Part shown: in pieces, positions 31,121-40,883 of the stretch
Layout of the letters: each line of letters starts with the position of its first letter
Numbering within the stretch: position 1 is the first letter of the stretch
Source: an uncultured Chloroflexia bacterium
Lineage (GTDB): Bacteria; Chloroflexota; Limnocylindria; Limnocylindrales; CSP1-4
Assembly: GCA_963712745.1 (NCBI GenBank)
Contig: CAVQJC010000020.1
Location: 352,001 to 416,000, forward strand
DNA: 64,000 nucleotides
Reading direction: 5' to 3'
Notes under the pieces: model-generated
The model's input: only the letters and a program-made list of their open reading frames with translations
Told to the model about the DNA's origin: nothing
Database searches by the model: none
Translations under genes and position numbers: made by a program

Positions 31121-31746
31121 GCCATACCTCCGCTCGGTGCGGTGCGGATCCGGTACCGGAGCCGCCCGGACTCGAGCCGCTGCCGCAGCACGTCGGCGGC
31201 GCGGAGATTGGTGGGCAGGTCGCGGGCCACTCCGAAGGTGCCATGCATCGAGCCGATGGCCACCGCGCCATCGGCTCGCGCGACCTGGCCCAGCAACTCG
31301 ACCGCGCGCGCGTCGTGCGGCTCCGTCTGGGCCCGGAGGTCCGGTTCCAGCAGCACCACCGCGGCGCCGTACGGCTCTGCGGTCGACGCCACCACACCCG
31401 GTGTCCAGCGGCCTGCCGCGGCTGCCAGCGCTTCGGGCAGGTGCAGGTGGAACACGCAGCCGACGTCAGCGTACGTGCGGTATAGCCGCGTGTGGATGCG
31501 GATCTCTCGCGAGATCCTGTCCGGGTCTCCGATCATCATCTGGCCGTCGAGACCCTGGACCAGGATGTCCTCCGCTTGCAGGCGCCAGCCGGCATTCTCG
31601 GACACCTTGGTCGGCGTCATGACCACGGCGTCTCCGACGCGCAGGCTCATGTTGCCGCCCTGCAGCTCGGTCAATCGCCGGTCGTAGAGCAGGCCGGCGA
31701 CGCGCGCCAGCAGCGCCCGTTCGCGCGCAAAGCCGCGCTCGTTCAT
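31117..31746 (-). CDS. Class II aldolase/adducin family protein
   Basis: GGNMSLR, MTPT, SRE..IH..LY, VFHLH and MHG motifs. Confidence 0.85.
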   Translation of the reverse strand: MNERGFARERALLARVAGLLYDRRLTELQGGNMSLRVGDAVVMTPTKVSENAGWRLQAEDILVQGLDGQMMIGDPDRISREIRIHTRLYRTYADVGCVFHLHLPEALAAAAGRWTPGVVASTAEPYGAAVVLLEPDLRAQTEPHDARAVELLGQVARADGAVAIGSMHGTFGVARDLPTNLRAADVLRQRLESGRLRYRIRTAPSGGMA

Positions 31747-31751
31747 GTGGA

Positions 31752-33131
31752 TCACACCCCCTGTGACTGGAACATCGATGACACCTCGCGTGGCTCGAAG
31801 GTGCGGGTGATGGGGTTGCCGAACAGCTCGGCGGCCGACTCCGCATCGAGCCCCCGCCTGGCCATGGCTGCCAGGCGCAGCGCCCCCAGGCCGGCAGCCT
31901 GGACGCTCTCGAGCGTGACCACCGTCCGACCGAGCAGGTCGGCCTTGAGCTGGAGCGTGCGCGTCTGGCGTGCCCCGCCGCCGACCGCGGCGATGGGTGA
32001 GTGGGCCAGGCCCAGGCCGGCCCAGGCCTCGGCGAACCGCCGAAGCACATCGGTGGCCGACTCGATGAGCGCCTGCACGATCGCCCCAGGCGAGGTGCCG
32101 GCTTCGATGGCCGCGGCCACGGCTTCCTGTTCGAGGGCCATGACGGCGCCGGTGGGAGTGTCGCTCAGGTCCGCCATCAGCGCCTCCAGCCCGCCCTCGA
32201 CCCCCGCCGCAGCCTGGGCCAGCAGCGGGCCTATGGGTGTCCGCGTCATGGTGATGTAGCGACCAGGCAGCAGGTAGGCGTGGACGATGGCACCCGCGGC
32301 CCCGGCCACCTCGCGAACCTCGGCCAGGCCCGCGGCGCCGGCCATGTGCTCGTAGGTGCCCACGATGTTGACCAGCCCGGAGCGGTCGGGCCCATCGGCC
32401 CCGAGCAAGGAGCAGCAGTTGTCCATCGCTCCGAGCACGGCCACGGCACCGGGCGCAAGGCCCAGTCGGCTGACCTGTGGGGCTCGCACCTCGAAGGCCG
32501 CGGTCGGCAGCTCGATGGGCGGGAAGGCGCCTGCCGGCAGGCCAGCAGCGTCGAGGATGTGGTCGCTCCAGCCGTCCTGCTCGAGGTCGAAGAGCATCGT
32601 CCGCGACGCCCAGGAGCGGTCCTCGACATCGGCCCCGCAGAGCTCCTGCAACGCGTACCCGCGGAGCGACCGGTAGCGGTCGACGCGCTCGGCGACGGCT
32701 GGGTGCGCCCGTTGCCACCACATTGCGTGGAGCAGGAATGAGGCCACGGCCGGATCGGAGCCGGTACGGTCGAAGAGTTCCTTCGCGTCGAGGCCCGTGA
32801 GCTCCGCTGCCGGAGGACCTTCCAGCGGTCGGGTGTCGGCAGGAGCCAGAGCGGGTCCGAGCGGCCGGCCGTCGCGATCCAGCGGCGCCATGGCGGTGCC
32901 CAGGCAGGAGAACACCAGGGTATCGACGCGATCCTGCGGCCGACTTGCAGCCAGGTCGGCGATAAGGTTCACGACCGTCGCGAGGACGGCATCGAGGGGA
33001 TAGGCCTGCTCGCCCGGCTCGGTCGCCTGCCTGGGTGTGGCAGTGTCGTGCACGTCGAGGACTCGTCCGTCCCAGTCGGCCAGGAGCGCCTTGATGCGCG
33101 AGGAGCCGATATCGAGCGCCAGCACGCTCAC
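31752..33131 (-). CDS. FGGY family carbohydrate kinase
   Basis: LALDIGSSRIKA, ASRTMLFD, GAMDN, VGT.E and VGGGA...LQLKADLLG. Confidence 0.88.
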   Translation of the reverse strand: MSVLALDIGSSRIKALLADWDGRVLDVHDTATPRQATEPGEQAYPLDAVLATVVNLIADLAASRPQDRVDTLVFSCLGTAMAPLDRDGRPLGPALAPADTRPLEGPPAAELTGLDAKELFDRTGSDPAVASFLLHAMWWQRAHPAVAERVDRYRSLRGYALQELCGADVEDRSWASRTMLFDLEQDGWSDHILDAAGLPAGAFPPIELPTAAFEVRAPQVSRLGLAPGAVAVLGAMDNCCSLLGADGPDRSGLVNIVGTYEHMAGAAGLAEVREVAGAAGAIVHAYLLPGRYITMTRTPIGPLLAQAAAGVEGGLEALMADLSDTPTGAVMALEQEAVAAAIEAGTSPGAIVQALIESATDVLRRFAEAWAGLGLAHSPIAAVGGGARQTRTLQLKADLLGRTVVTLESVQAAGLGALRLAAMARRGLDAESAAELFGNPITRTFEPREVSSMFQSQGV

Positions 33132-33856
33132 TCCACATCGGCCCCGACGGACAGCCGGAGCTTGGCCGTCGCCTGGTCCATGTGCTCGTCCATGATCGCG
33201 CGCGCCGCGTCGGGGTCACCGGCCCTCACGGCCTCGAGGATTCGTTCGTGGTAGTGCAACGCGAGGCGCGCGATGCCGGGCACGCGCAGGGTGAGCAGGC
33301 GCACCTCGATCATGATCTCCACGAGCGAATCGAGGACGATCACGAACAGCTCATTCTGGGTCGCTCGGGCGAGGACGGCATGGAACTCCACGTCGCTGTT
33401 GATGTAGACCTCAGGAGCATCGACGTGCTCACGCATCTCGTCGAGGATCTTCTCCAGGTCGAGCAGGTCGGCATCGGTCCGGCGAGCCGCGGCCAGGTAG
33501 GCGATCTCGTTCTCGATGGTGTGACGGACCTCGCTGACCTTGTCTACGCCGGCGTCGCCTGCCTGCATCATCAGCAGCAATCGCATCGACTCGCCTGCCG
33601 ACTCGGGCGTGGGTGCACGCACCACCGTGCCGCGTCCCACGGCCACGTCCACCAGATGCTTGGCCGCGAGGGCCCGCACGGCCTCGCGCACGACCGTGCG
33701 GCTGACCCCGAACTGGCTGGCCAACTCCCGCTCCGAGGGCAAGCGATCGCCCGGCCCCAGACGGCTTTCGAGGATGAGACGCTCGAGCTCCTGTTCGACG
33801 CGCTGAGCCAGGGTCGCGTCGCGCGCGAGCTCGTCGACCAGTCGACCCGAGGTCAC
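33128..33856 (-). CDS. GntR/FadR family transcriptional regulator
   Basis: GDRLPSERELA.QFGVSRTVVREA and FCD domain DVEFH...N; GTG start after GGAGG. Confidence 0.92.
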   Translation of the reverse strand: MTSGRLVDELARDATLAQRVEQELERLILESRLGPGDRLPSERELASQFGVSRTVVREAVRALAAKHLVDVAVGRGTVVRAPTPESAGESMRLLLMMQAGDAGVDKVSEVRHTIENEIAYLAAARRTDADLLDLEKILDEMREHVDAPEVYINSDVEFHAVLARATQNELFVIVLDSLVEIMIEVRLLTLRVPGIARLALHYHERILEAVRAGDPDAARAIMDEHMDQATAKLRLSVGADVE

Positions 33857-34925
33857 GACTCGGCGCCACCTCCCGTCGGGGCCGCGGCAGCCGCAGGTGG
33901 CGGCCGCCGCCGGGGCCTCCTCGGCCACCGGCGCCCGGAAGCGCACACGCTGGGCGTCGATGAACATGGCGAAGAGGATGATCAGGCCCGATGACGTCGA
34001 TCCAGAAGACCTCGACGCGCATCAGGTTGAGACCGCGCTCGATGGTCGAGAGCAGCAGCACGCCGCCGAGCACGCCGAGCATCGTGCCGCGACCACCCTG
34101 CAGGCTGACGCCGCCGATGACGCAGGCGGCGAAGATGGTGAAGATGTAGCCCTCGCCGGGTTGATCTGGACCGAGGCGATGCGGCCGGCCAGCATGATGC
34201 CGGCCAGCGCGGCCAGGAAGCCGCTGATCATGTAGACCTGCCGGATGCGCCGGTTGGCGTCGATGCCCGAGGCGATGGCCGCCTGCCGGTTGCCGCCGAC
34301 CGCGTAGATGTCGCGACCGAACTTGCGGTAGGTCAGGACGACGTGGCCGATGATGAAGACGACCAGCATGGCGATCACGGCCACAGGCACGTTGCCGAGC
34401 CAGGGCACGGCGACGGTCTCGTGGCCCAGCCAGTAGAAGATGTCCGCGCCCTCATGGTGATGGCGTTGACGGCGTTGCCCTTGGTGAAGGCCAGCATCAG
34501 GCCGCGCAGGATGAGCAGCATGGCAAGGGTCACGATGAAGTTGTTCATGCGCCCATAGGTGATGAGCGCACCGATCACGTAGCCGATGCCGACACCCATC
34601 GCCAGCATCAGGACGATGGACACGATGGCGGTACGCCGAAGCCGCTGCCGAACCAGGGCGCCACGGTCGGCACCATGATCCAGAGGCCGAGCAGCGCGGA
34701 GAGGCCCAGCGTCGACTCCTGCGAGAGGTCGAAGTTGCCGGTGATGAGCACGAACGTCTGACCCACGGCCACAACGCCGAGGACCGCGGCGGCCGAGAGG
34801 ATGTTGACGATGTTGATGGGCGTGAGGAAACGGTCCGACCCGATGACGAAGAAGATGAAGACCCCCAGCAGGATGAACCAGATGAGGTTGTCCAGGATGG
34901 TCGGTACGTACCTACGCCACTGCAT
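33853..34925 (-). pseudogene. Monosaccharide ABC transporter permease (RbsC-like), broken by several frameshifts
   Basis: Fragments in different frames: AVGQTFVLITGNFDLS; FIVTLAML.ILRG; FGR.IYAVGGN..AA..SGI; GGVLLL. Confidence 0.75.
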
Positions 34926-36463
34926 GTGCAGCCTCCCCTGCGCCACCCTCGATGGCCGCCAGGATCGTCGCTGGGGTCATCTCGTCCTGTGCCCTTGCTG
35001 GAACTCCTGGTGATCTCGACCGCGGTAGAAGACGACGATGCGGTCGCAGGTGTCGATGAGCTCGCTGAGCTCGTCGGAGACGATGGCCACGGCCACCCCG
35101 TGCCGCGGTGAGCTGATCGACGATGCGCAGGATCTCCACCTTGGCCTGCACGTCGACGCCCTGGGTCGGCTCATCGAGGAGCAGGACGCGTGGCTCGGTG
35201 GCGGCCAGCTTGGCCACCACCACCTTCTGCTGGTTGCCGCCGCTGAGGCTCTCGACGTGGGTCGATGTGGACGGGGTCACGATGCCGAGCCGGTCGACGT
35301 AGCTCGTCGACCAGCTGAGCGTTCCTCGCCGCCGTCGATCATGCCCAGCCAGCGAGTGAGTCGACCGATGACGGACATGCTGATGTTGTCGCGCACGCTG
35401 CGGATGGCGACGATGCCGAGGCCGTGGCGGTCGCGTGGCAGATAGGCCAGGCCCTGCTCCAGCGCGTGGCTGGGTGCGTCGGGATGGAAGGGCTTACCGT
35501 CGAGTAGTGACCTCGCCGTCGCCCAGGGCCTCGAGCGCGTAGAGCCCACGCGCCAGCTCGCCCGGGCCGCTACCCTCCAGACCGGTGAGACCCACGACCT
35601 CGCCCGGCGTGCAGCGTGAGGTCGACGTCCTGGTAGGCGCCTGGGTCGGCTCACGCCCTTGATGCGCAGCACCGGTTCGCCGACGTCTCGGCGAGTGCCG
35701 TTGGAAGCGCTCGACGCTGGTACCGCTGATCATGCGGATGAGGTCCGGCTGGGTCAGCTCGGCGACCGGCACCGGTTCCGACCTCCTCGCCGTTGCGCAG
35801 CACGGTGGCACGGTCGGCGATCTCGAAGACCTCTTCGAGGTAGTGACTGATGTAGATGAAGGAGGCACCCGCTTCACGCTGTCGACGCACGAAGTCAAAG
35901 AGCAGTGCGACCTCGTGCTTGGGCAGCGGCGCGGTGGGCTCGTCCAGGATGATGACGCTGGCGTCGGCGAAGAGCGCGCGCGCAGATCTCGATGATCTGC
36001 CGCTCGGCGACGGTCATCGTCGCTCCATGCGACTTGCTCGACGTCGATGTCCAGACCGAATCGCTCCAGTCGCTCGGACGCTTCTCGCCGGAGTCCACGC
36101 CAGTCGACGAAGCCGCCCTGGCGCGTGGGCATCTGGCCCATGAAGAGGTTCTCGGCGACCGAGAGCTCCGGGCACGAACCGCGCGTGCTGGGCCACGATG
36201 GCGATGCCCACCTCCTGGCTGCGCGAGCGTGGTCATGTGCTCGATGAGCTCACCGCGGACCTTGATAGTCCCCGAGTCCGGAGGGTAGAGACCCGTGAGG
36301 ATGTTCATCAGCGTCGACTTGCCCGCGCCGTTCTTGCCCACCAGGGCATGGATCTCCCCTCGACGGACGTCGAAGGAGACGCCGTCGAGCGCACGCACGC
36401 CCGGGAATGTCTTGACTGATGTCGGTCATCTCGACGACGTGCTCGCCGTTGACCTCTGTCCAT
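34912..36463 (-). pseudogene. Monosaccharide ABC transporter tandem ATPase (RbsA-like), multiple frameshifts
   Basis: Fragments [43 protein letters not shown] and LLDEPTQGVDV. Confidence 0.8.
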
Positions 36464-36487
36464 CGCTGCCTACCCCGTCCTCTGTCG

Positions 36488-36525
36488 TCGGAGGGGCGCC
36501 CCGTTGCTGCGGAGCGCCCCTCCGA
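36488..36525. terminator. GC-rich stem-loop between the SBP and ATPase genes (mRNA stabiliser or partial terminator)
   Basis: 12-bp inverted repeat TCGGAGGGGCGC / GCGCCCCTCCGA. Confidence 0.6.
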
Positions 36526-36564
36526 ACGGTGGTTCACCCGAAAACGGATGGGTGCCGCTGTCGG

Positions 36565-37644
36565 CTACTCGCCACTCGGCCGCCGCGGCAGCCTCGACGT
36601 TGCCCCACAGGCGCGGATCGTCGACGTTGTCTGGCGCCGACCGACGTGGTGGACAGGAACAGCTGCGGTCCGATCTCGCTGTCCTCGATGCGGGCCGGCG
36701 ACCACAGGGCGCCATCCTGCTCGATGATCTGCGGAACTCGATCGTGCCTGGCCCATCAGCTCCTGCTCGATGAAGTCCGCAGCGACGACACCGAAGTCGG
36801 GGATGGGCTGGTTCGAGGCCTGGTCGGAGTAACCATCACGGATGGCATCGAGCGCCTGCAGGCAGGCGTCCACGCCGGTCAGGATAGATGTGGCCTTCCT
36901 CGTCGCGCGTGACGAGCAGTCCGAGCTCGTCCAGGGACCTGCAGGGTACCCGGGCGTGTACACGCAGTCGGAGTGCATGTAGATGCCGTCGAGCTCCTCG
37001 GCGGAGGCGACGTCACGCACGATGTCGACGCCCTTCGCGGCATCCCAGTCGCCGATCTTGGTGATGACCTCGATGTTCTCGGATACTGATCCACGATGTC
37101 GTGGAAGCCGCCGCCGCGCAGCTGGGCCACGTTCTGACCCATGTTACCGGTGATCTCCAGGACGTGCCCATGGGCTCGCCGTACTTCTCGGTCAGCAGGT
37201 CGACCATGGCCTGACCCGACTGCTGGCCGGCCAGGAAGTTGTCGCTCAGCACGGTCATGTTGATGGCGCAGCCACTGGGCGCGCGGTCGATGGTGTAGAA
37301 GGGGACGCCTGCGGCCTGGGCCTCGTCGACCGCGACGCAGACGCCGGCGCTGTCCTCGGGCACGTTCACGATGGCGTCCACGCCCAAGCGCCAGGTAGTC
37401 CCTGATCTGCTCGATCTGCAGGTTGGCGTCGCCGTTGGAGGTGATGGTCTGGGATCTCCCAGCCCTTGGCCGCCCCACCGTCGACCATGCCCTGCTGGAT
37501 CTGCAGCTGAGCGCCGACGAGGTCCGGCGCCGAGTAGCCGATGAGAACCTGGTCATCCTGTGCGATCGCCGGTGCGGCACCCAGGGCGCCCACCAGCAGT
37601 ACGGTCGATGCCGCGATCGCAAATGTCTTCCTCAACTCCTTCAC
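36565..37644 (-). pseudogene. Sugar ABC substrate-binding protein (RbsB-like), multiple frameshifts
   Basis: Signal peptide KTFAIAASTVLLVGALGAAPAIAQ; fragments GVDAIV..P.DS, AGVPFYTIDR, SDNFLAGQ and RGGGF. Confidence 0.75.
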
Positions 37645-37966
37645 GTCCTTTCTGCGCCCGTAGGAGGCGCGGTACGTCAGGTGTAGGGCCAATCTCTCTG
37701 GGCCCACCCCGATGAAGCTCTCTCTGCTCCCTCAGATCGTCTCCTCAGGATCGGTCAGTGCCTGCTGCCCTCCTCTCGCTGCGCCAGCGCACGGGCGCGC
37801 GGCATCGCCTCCACGGTGTGGTGAGCGTCGATGTGGCGGGTCGAGCGTTCGCGCGCGATGCAGCGGCCACCTCCTCTGGCGGCCCGATGCTCGTGTCCGC
37901 GATGTCCCACAGCGCCTCCTCGCTGATGCTCCCGTCCGGCAGCCCCCGCTGCCGGCATCCCGCGTG

Positions 37967-37984
37967 TGGTCAGATGGCATACCA
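37967..37984. promoter_or_regulatory. Candidate FadR-type operator (TGGTCAGA-TGGCATACCA) upstream of the sugar ABC operon
   Basis: Near-palindrome matching the TGGT-Nx-ACCA consensus; TTGACT on the minus strand nearby; a FadR gene lies in the operon. Confidence 0.45.
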
Positions 37985-38040
37985 CCATACAGGGAACCTC
38001 GGAGTCAATCACGTCCGATCCGCTGGGGGATCGGACGGCG

Positions 38041-38955
38041 TCAGCCGGTAACACTGGTGGGCCGTCCCTGGAACAGCTCGAAGCGCAGCCCATCGGGGCC
38101 CACGAAGTAGATGGCGTGGGCACCCTTGTTGATGCCGGCGGTAACGGCAGCGGGCGGACCCACGAACTCGACGCCGGCTGCGGTCATCTCGTCACAGGTG
38201 GAGTGGATGTCATCGACCATGAAACAGCAGTGCAGGGCGCCGACATTGTGGTTGGCCGGATCGGCCGAGATGGCATCAGGCTTCGCGAACTCGAGCAGCT
38301 CGAGCCCGACGGCCGACCCCGGGAAGGTCAGGAAGGCCACCTGCAAGCGCGCCCCGGCTTCGCCGGCGGACCCCGCGTAATACACATCGTCGTACGCCAT
38401 ACGCTCGTCGAGTCCGAATCCAAGGACGCCCACCATGAAGTCGATGGTCCGCCCGAGGTCCGCCACCTGGTACCCGACGTGGTGGATCCGCTGGAGCCGG
38501 CCGCCGCCGGCCGAACCATCTTCGGCGACCAGCTCGATCAGCAGGTCCGCCGGGCCGCGCAGGTACGCCCCGGACCAGCCGGACCAGGGGCCGTGCTCGA
38601 TACGCCGCGGCTCGGTGAGCACGGTCACGCCCTGCCCGCGGGATCGCTCGAGCACGGCGCTCAGGTCGTCGACCTGCCAACAGACGTGCGGGCTACCAGG
38701 CCGACCGAAGCCGGCACCACTGGGCTTGCCCGGCGGGCTGAGGTACTGGAGCACCTCGAGCGGTGTGGCGTCACCATCGATGAGGGCGAAGCCGATGCGG
38801 ATGCGGCAGTCCGGCAGCCCGTTCACATCCGAGAGGTACGGCTGGTCGCTCAGCTGGGTGCGCCCGTGCTCGATGCCCAAGTCCTCGATGTAGAAGCGCA
38901 TGGCCGCATCCAGGTCATCGACGGCGCAGCCGACATGGGCGAGTCCGGTGATCAT
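38041..38955 (-). CDS. Tandem VOC/glyoxalase-domain protein
   Basis: Two repeats of H(V)G..V.DL...(L)ELL.F/Y...H.C..VDD...GPDG..(F/I)EL. Confidence 0.85.
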   Translation of the reverse strand: MITGLAHVGCAVDDLDAAMRFYIEDLGIEHGRTQLSDQPYLSDVNGLPDCRIRIGFALIDGDATPLEVLQYLSPPGKPSGAGFGRPGSPHVCWQVDDLSAVLERSRGQGVTVLTEPRRIEHGPWSGWSGAYLRGPADLLIELVAEDGSAGGGRLQRIHHVGYQVADLGRTIDFMVGVLGFGLDERMAYDDVYYAGSAGEAGARLQVAFLTFPGSAVGLELLEFAKPDAISADPANHNVGALHCCFMVDDIHSTCDEMTAAGVEFVGPPAAVTAGINKGAHAIYFVGPDGLRFELFQGRPTSVTG

Positions 38956-38967
38956 CGATGGCTCCTT

Positions 38968-39762
38968 CTAGAACGCCGCGAGGTTGCCGCCATCGACCAC
39001 CAGCACGTGCCCGGTCGTCCAGGCGGCGGCATCGGAGGCGAGGAAGATGACCGGGCCGACGATGTCCTCGACGTCCGCCAGCCGACCCAGCGGCAGCCGG
39101 CTCAGGAAGTACGCCTCCGTCTCCGGTTTGGACTCCATCAACTCGAGGACCAGCGGGGTCTTGATCTGTGCCGGGGCGACCGCGTTGACGCGGATGCCGT
39201 GGTGTGCCCACTCGACGGCGAGGTCGCGGGTGAGGGCGATGACGCCGCCCTTGCTGGCGGAGTAGTTGGCGTTGCCCGTGGTGAGCCCGACCAGCGCCGC
39301 CACCGAGGCGATGTTCACGATGACCCCTCCCGACCCACGGTCGATCATGTGCCTGCCGACCTCCTGGTCGAACAGCCACACCCCTCGCAGATTGATGTCG
39401 ATGACGCGGTCCCATTGCTCGATGCGCATGTCCTCGGCGGAGTTGCGATCCCCCACGCCGGCGTTGGCCACGAGGATGTCGATCTTGCCAAGCGCATCGA
39501 TCGCCTGCTCGACGGCCGAGCGGACCTGCTGCTGGTCGCTGACGTCGCAAGTCAGGCTGACCGCTCTCCCTCCCGCCGCGTTGAGGTCGTCGGCGGCACG
39601 GCCGGCGCTCTCGGCATCGATATCCACTACCGCCACGTCGGCACCGAACTGGGCGAGGCCCTCCGCTATCCCCCGGCCCAGACCCTGGCCAGCGCCGGTG
39701 ACCAGCGCGGAGCGCCCGGCGAGGCTGAAGACGTCTCGCAGGTCCCTGATCTGCATGGGCAT
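38968..39762 (-). CDS. SDR family sugar/polyol dehydrogenase
   Basis: TGAGQGLG, NAG, YSASKGG, IRVNAVAP and VDGG. Confidence 0.9.
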   Translation of the reverse strand: MPMQIRDLRDVFSLAGRSALVTGAGQGLGRGIAEGLAQFGADVAVVDIDAESAGRAADDLNAAGGRAVSLTCDVSDQQQVRSAVEQAIDALGKIDILVANAGVGDRNSAEDMRIEQWDRVIDINLRGVWLFDQEVGRHMIDRGSGGVIVNIASVAALVGLTTGNANYSASKGGVIALTRDLAVEWAHHGIRVNAVAPAQIKTPLVLELMESKPETEAYFLSRLPLGRLADVEDIVGPVIFLASDAAAWTTGHVLVVDGGNLAAF

Positions 39763-39767
39763 GGCTC

Positions 39768-40883
39768 CTACTGCTGCACCAGACCCGGCGCGGCGGGGGT
39801 CTCGGGGAGCTCCCAGTCGTCGTGTGGCGTGACCAGGATCTTGATCTCATCCTTGTCCTCAACCAGGGCCTCGAACCCTCGGGTGATGGCATCATCGAGG
39901 TGGATGTGTCGGGTGACGAGCGGCCTGACATCGATGCGGCCATCGACGAGGTACTTCACGGCCGTGCGGAAGTCCTCGTCATAGGTATGGGAGACGGAGC
40001 CGACGATCTGCTTCTCTTTCTGAAACAGGTCGAGGGCGTCGACCACGTACGGTTCCCGTGGCACGCTGACCACGACGAGCCGGCCGCCGGGGGCGGTCGA
40101 GCGGAGTCCGGCCGCGAACGAGACGGCGCTGGCCCCCGTCTCCAGGACGACGTCGGCGCCCCTCCCCCCGGTCAGGTCGAGGAGCGCGTCGGGCCAGCCA
40201 GCATCGTCGCCGTCGAACGCCTCTGTGGCCCCCAGGTCGCGTGCGACCCGCAGGCGGCGCGGGTTGAGTTCGGCGACGTAGACATCCGAGGCACCGGCGA
40301 TACGTGCCACGGCCAGGCAGGCCAACCCGATCGGGCCCGCCCCGATGACCAGGACACGGTGTCCGGGGCGGATCCCGCCACGGCGGGCGGCATGCACGCC
40401 TACTGCTACCGGTTCGGCAAGAGCCGCGATGTCCTCGGGGAAGCCCGCCGGCAGCGGGAAAGCGTTGTGGGCCGGCATGTTCACGAAGCGGGCGAAAGCG
40501 CCATCGCTCGACATGCCGATAGCACCCGTCTGGGGACACAGCGAGAAGTAGTGGCGCTGGCAGTAATGGCACGCCCCGCAGGCAACGACGACCTCGCTGG
40601 CCACCGGCTGGCCGATCCGCAGTCCGTCGGCGCCCTCTCCGAGCCGAGCGATACGCCCAGAGAACTCGTGGCCCAGCACCAGCGGGGTCTTGCGCCCGGT
40701 CAGGGGATGAGGTTCGTCCACCGGAAAGATCCCGAGTCCGAACTGCCAGCCCTCGATGTCGGTCCCGCAGACCCCGCACCATGAGACCTCGATGGTGACT
40801 TCGCCCGGCCCAGGCGGCGGCGGCTCTGGCCAGTCCGTCTCGAGGCGGATGTCGTGCTGCCCGTAGAGCACGACGGCCTTCAT
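39768..40883 (-). CDS. Zn-dependent (MDR) dehydrogenase, 2,3-butanediol/sorbitol dehydrogenase-like
   Basis: CGVCGTD, LGHEFSG, CGACHYC...C, EPVAV and GAGPIG. Confidence 0.9.
   Translation of the reverse strand: MKAVVLYGQHDIRLETDWPEPPPPGPGEVTIEVSWCGVCGTDIEGWQFGLGIFPVDEPHPLTGRKTPLVLGHEFSGRIARLGEGADGLRIGQPVASEVVVACGACHYCQRHYFSLCPQTGAIGMSSDGAFARFVNMPAHNAFPLPAGFPEDIAALAEPVAVGVHAARRGGIRPGHRVLVIGAGPIGLACLAVARIAGASDVYVAELNPRRLRVARDLGATEAFDGDDAGWPDALLDLTGGRGADVVLETGASAVSFAAGLRSTAPGGRLVVVSVPREPYVVDALDLFQKEKQIVGSVSHTYDEDFRTAVKYLVDGRIDVRPLVTRHIHLDDAITRGFEALVEDKDEIKILVTPHDDWELPETPAAPGLVQQ

Noticed and set aside
31117-33219. 700-aa ORF suggesting a long aldolase fusion (likewise the extensions of 39768..41744, 41926..43401, 42957..44168 and 57474..60215)
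   Set aside because: The N-terminal extensions are off-frame readings of the upstream genes; true starts are internal.
33128-33967. Permease-GntR fusion
   Set aside because: Arises from a frameshift in the permease tail; the GntR has its own GGAGG and GTG at 33856.
37645-37966. Riboswitch in the long leader of the sugar ABC operon
   Set aside because: No recognisable aptamer consensus by eye; an Rfam search would be needed.
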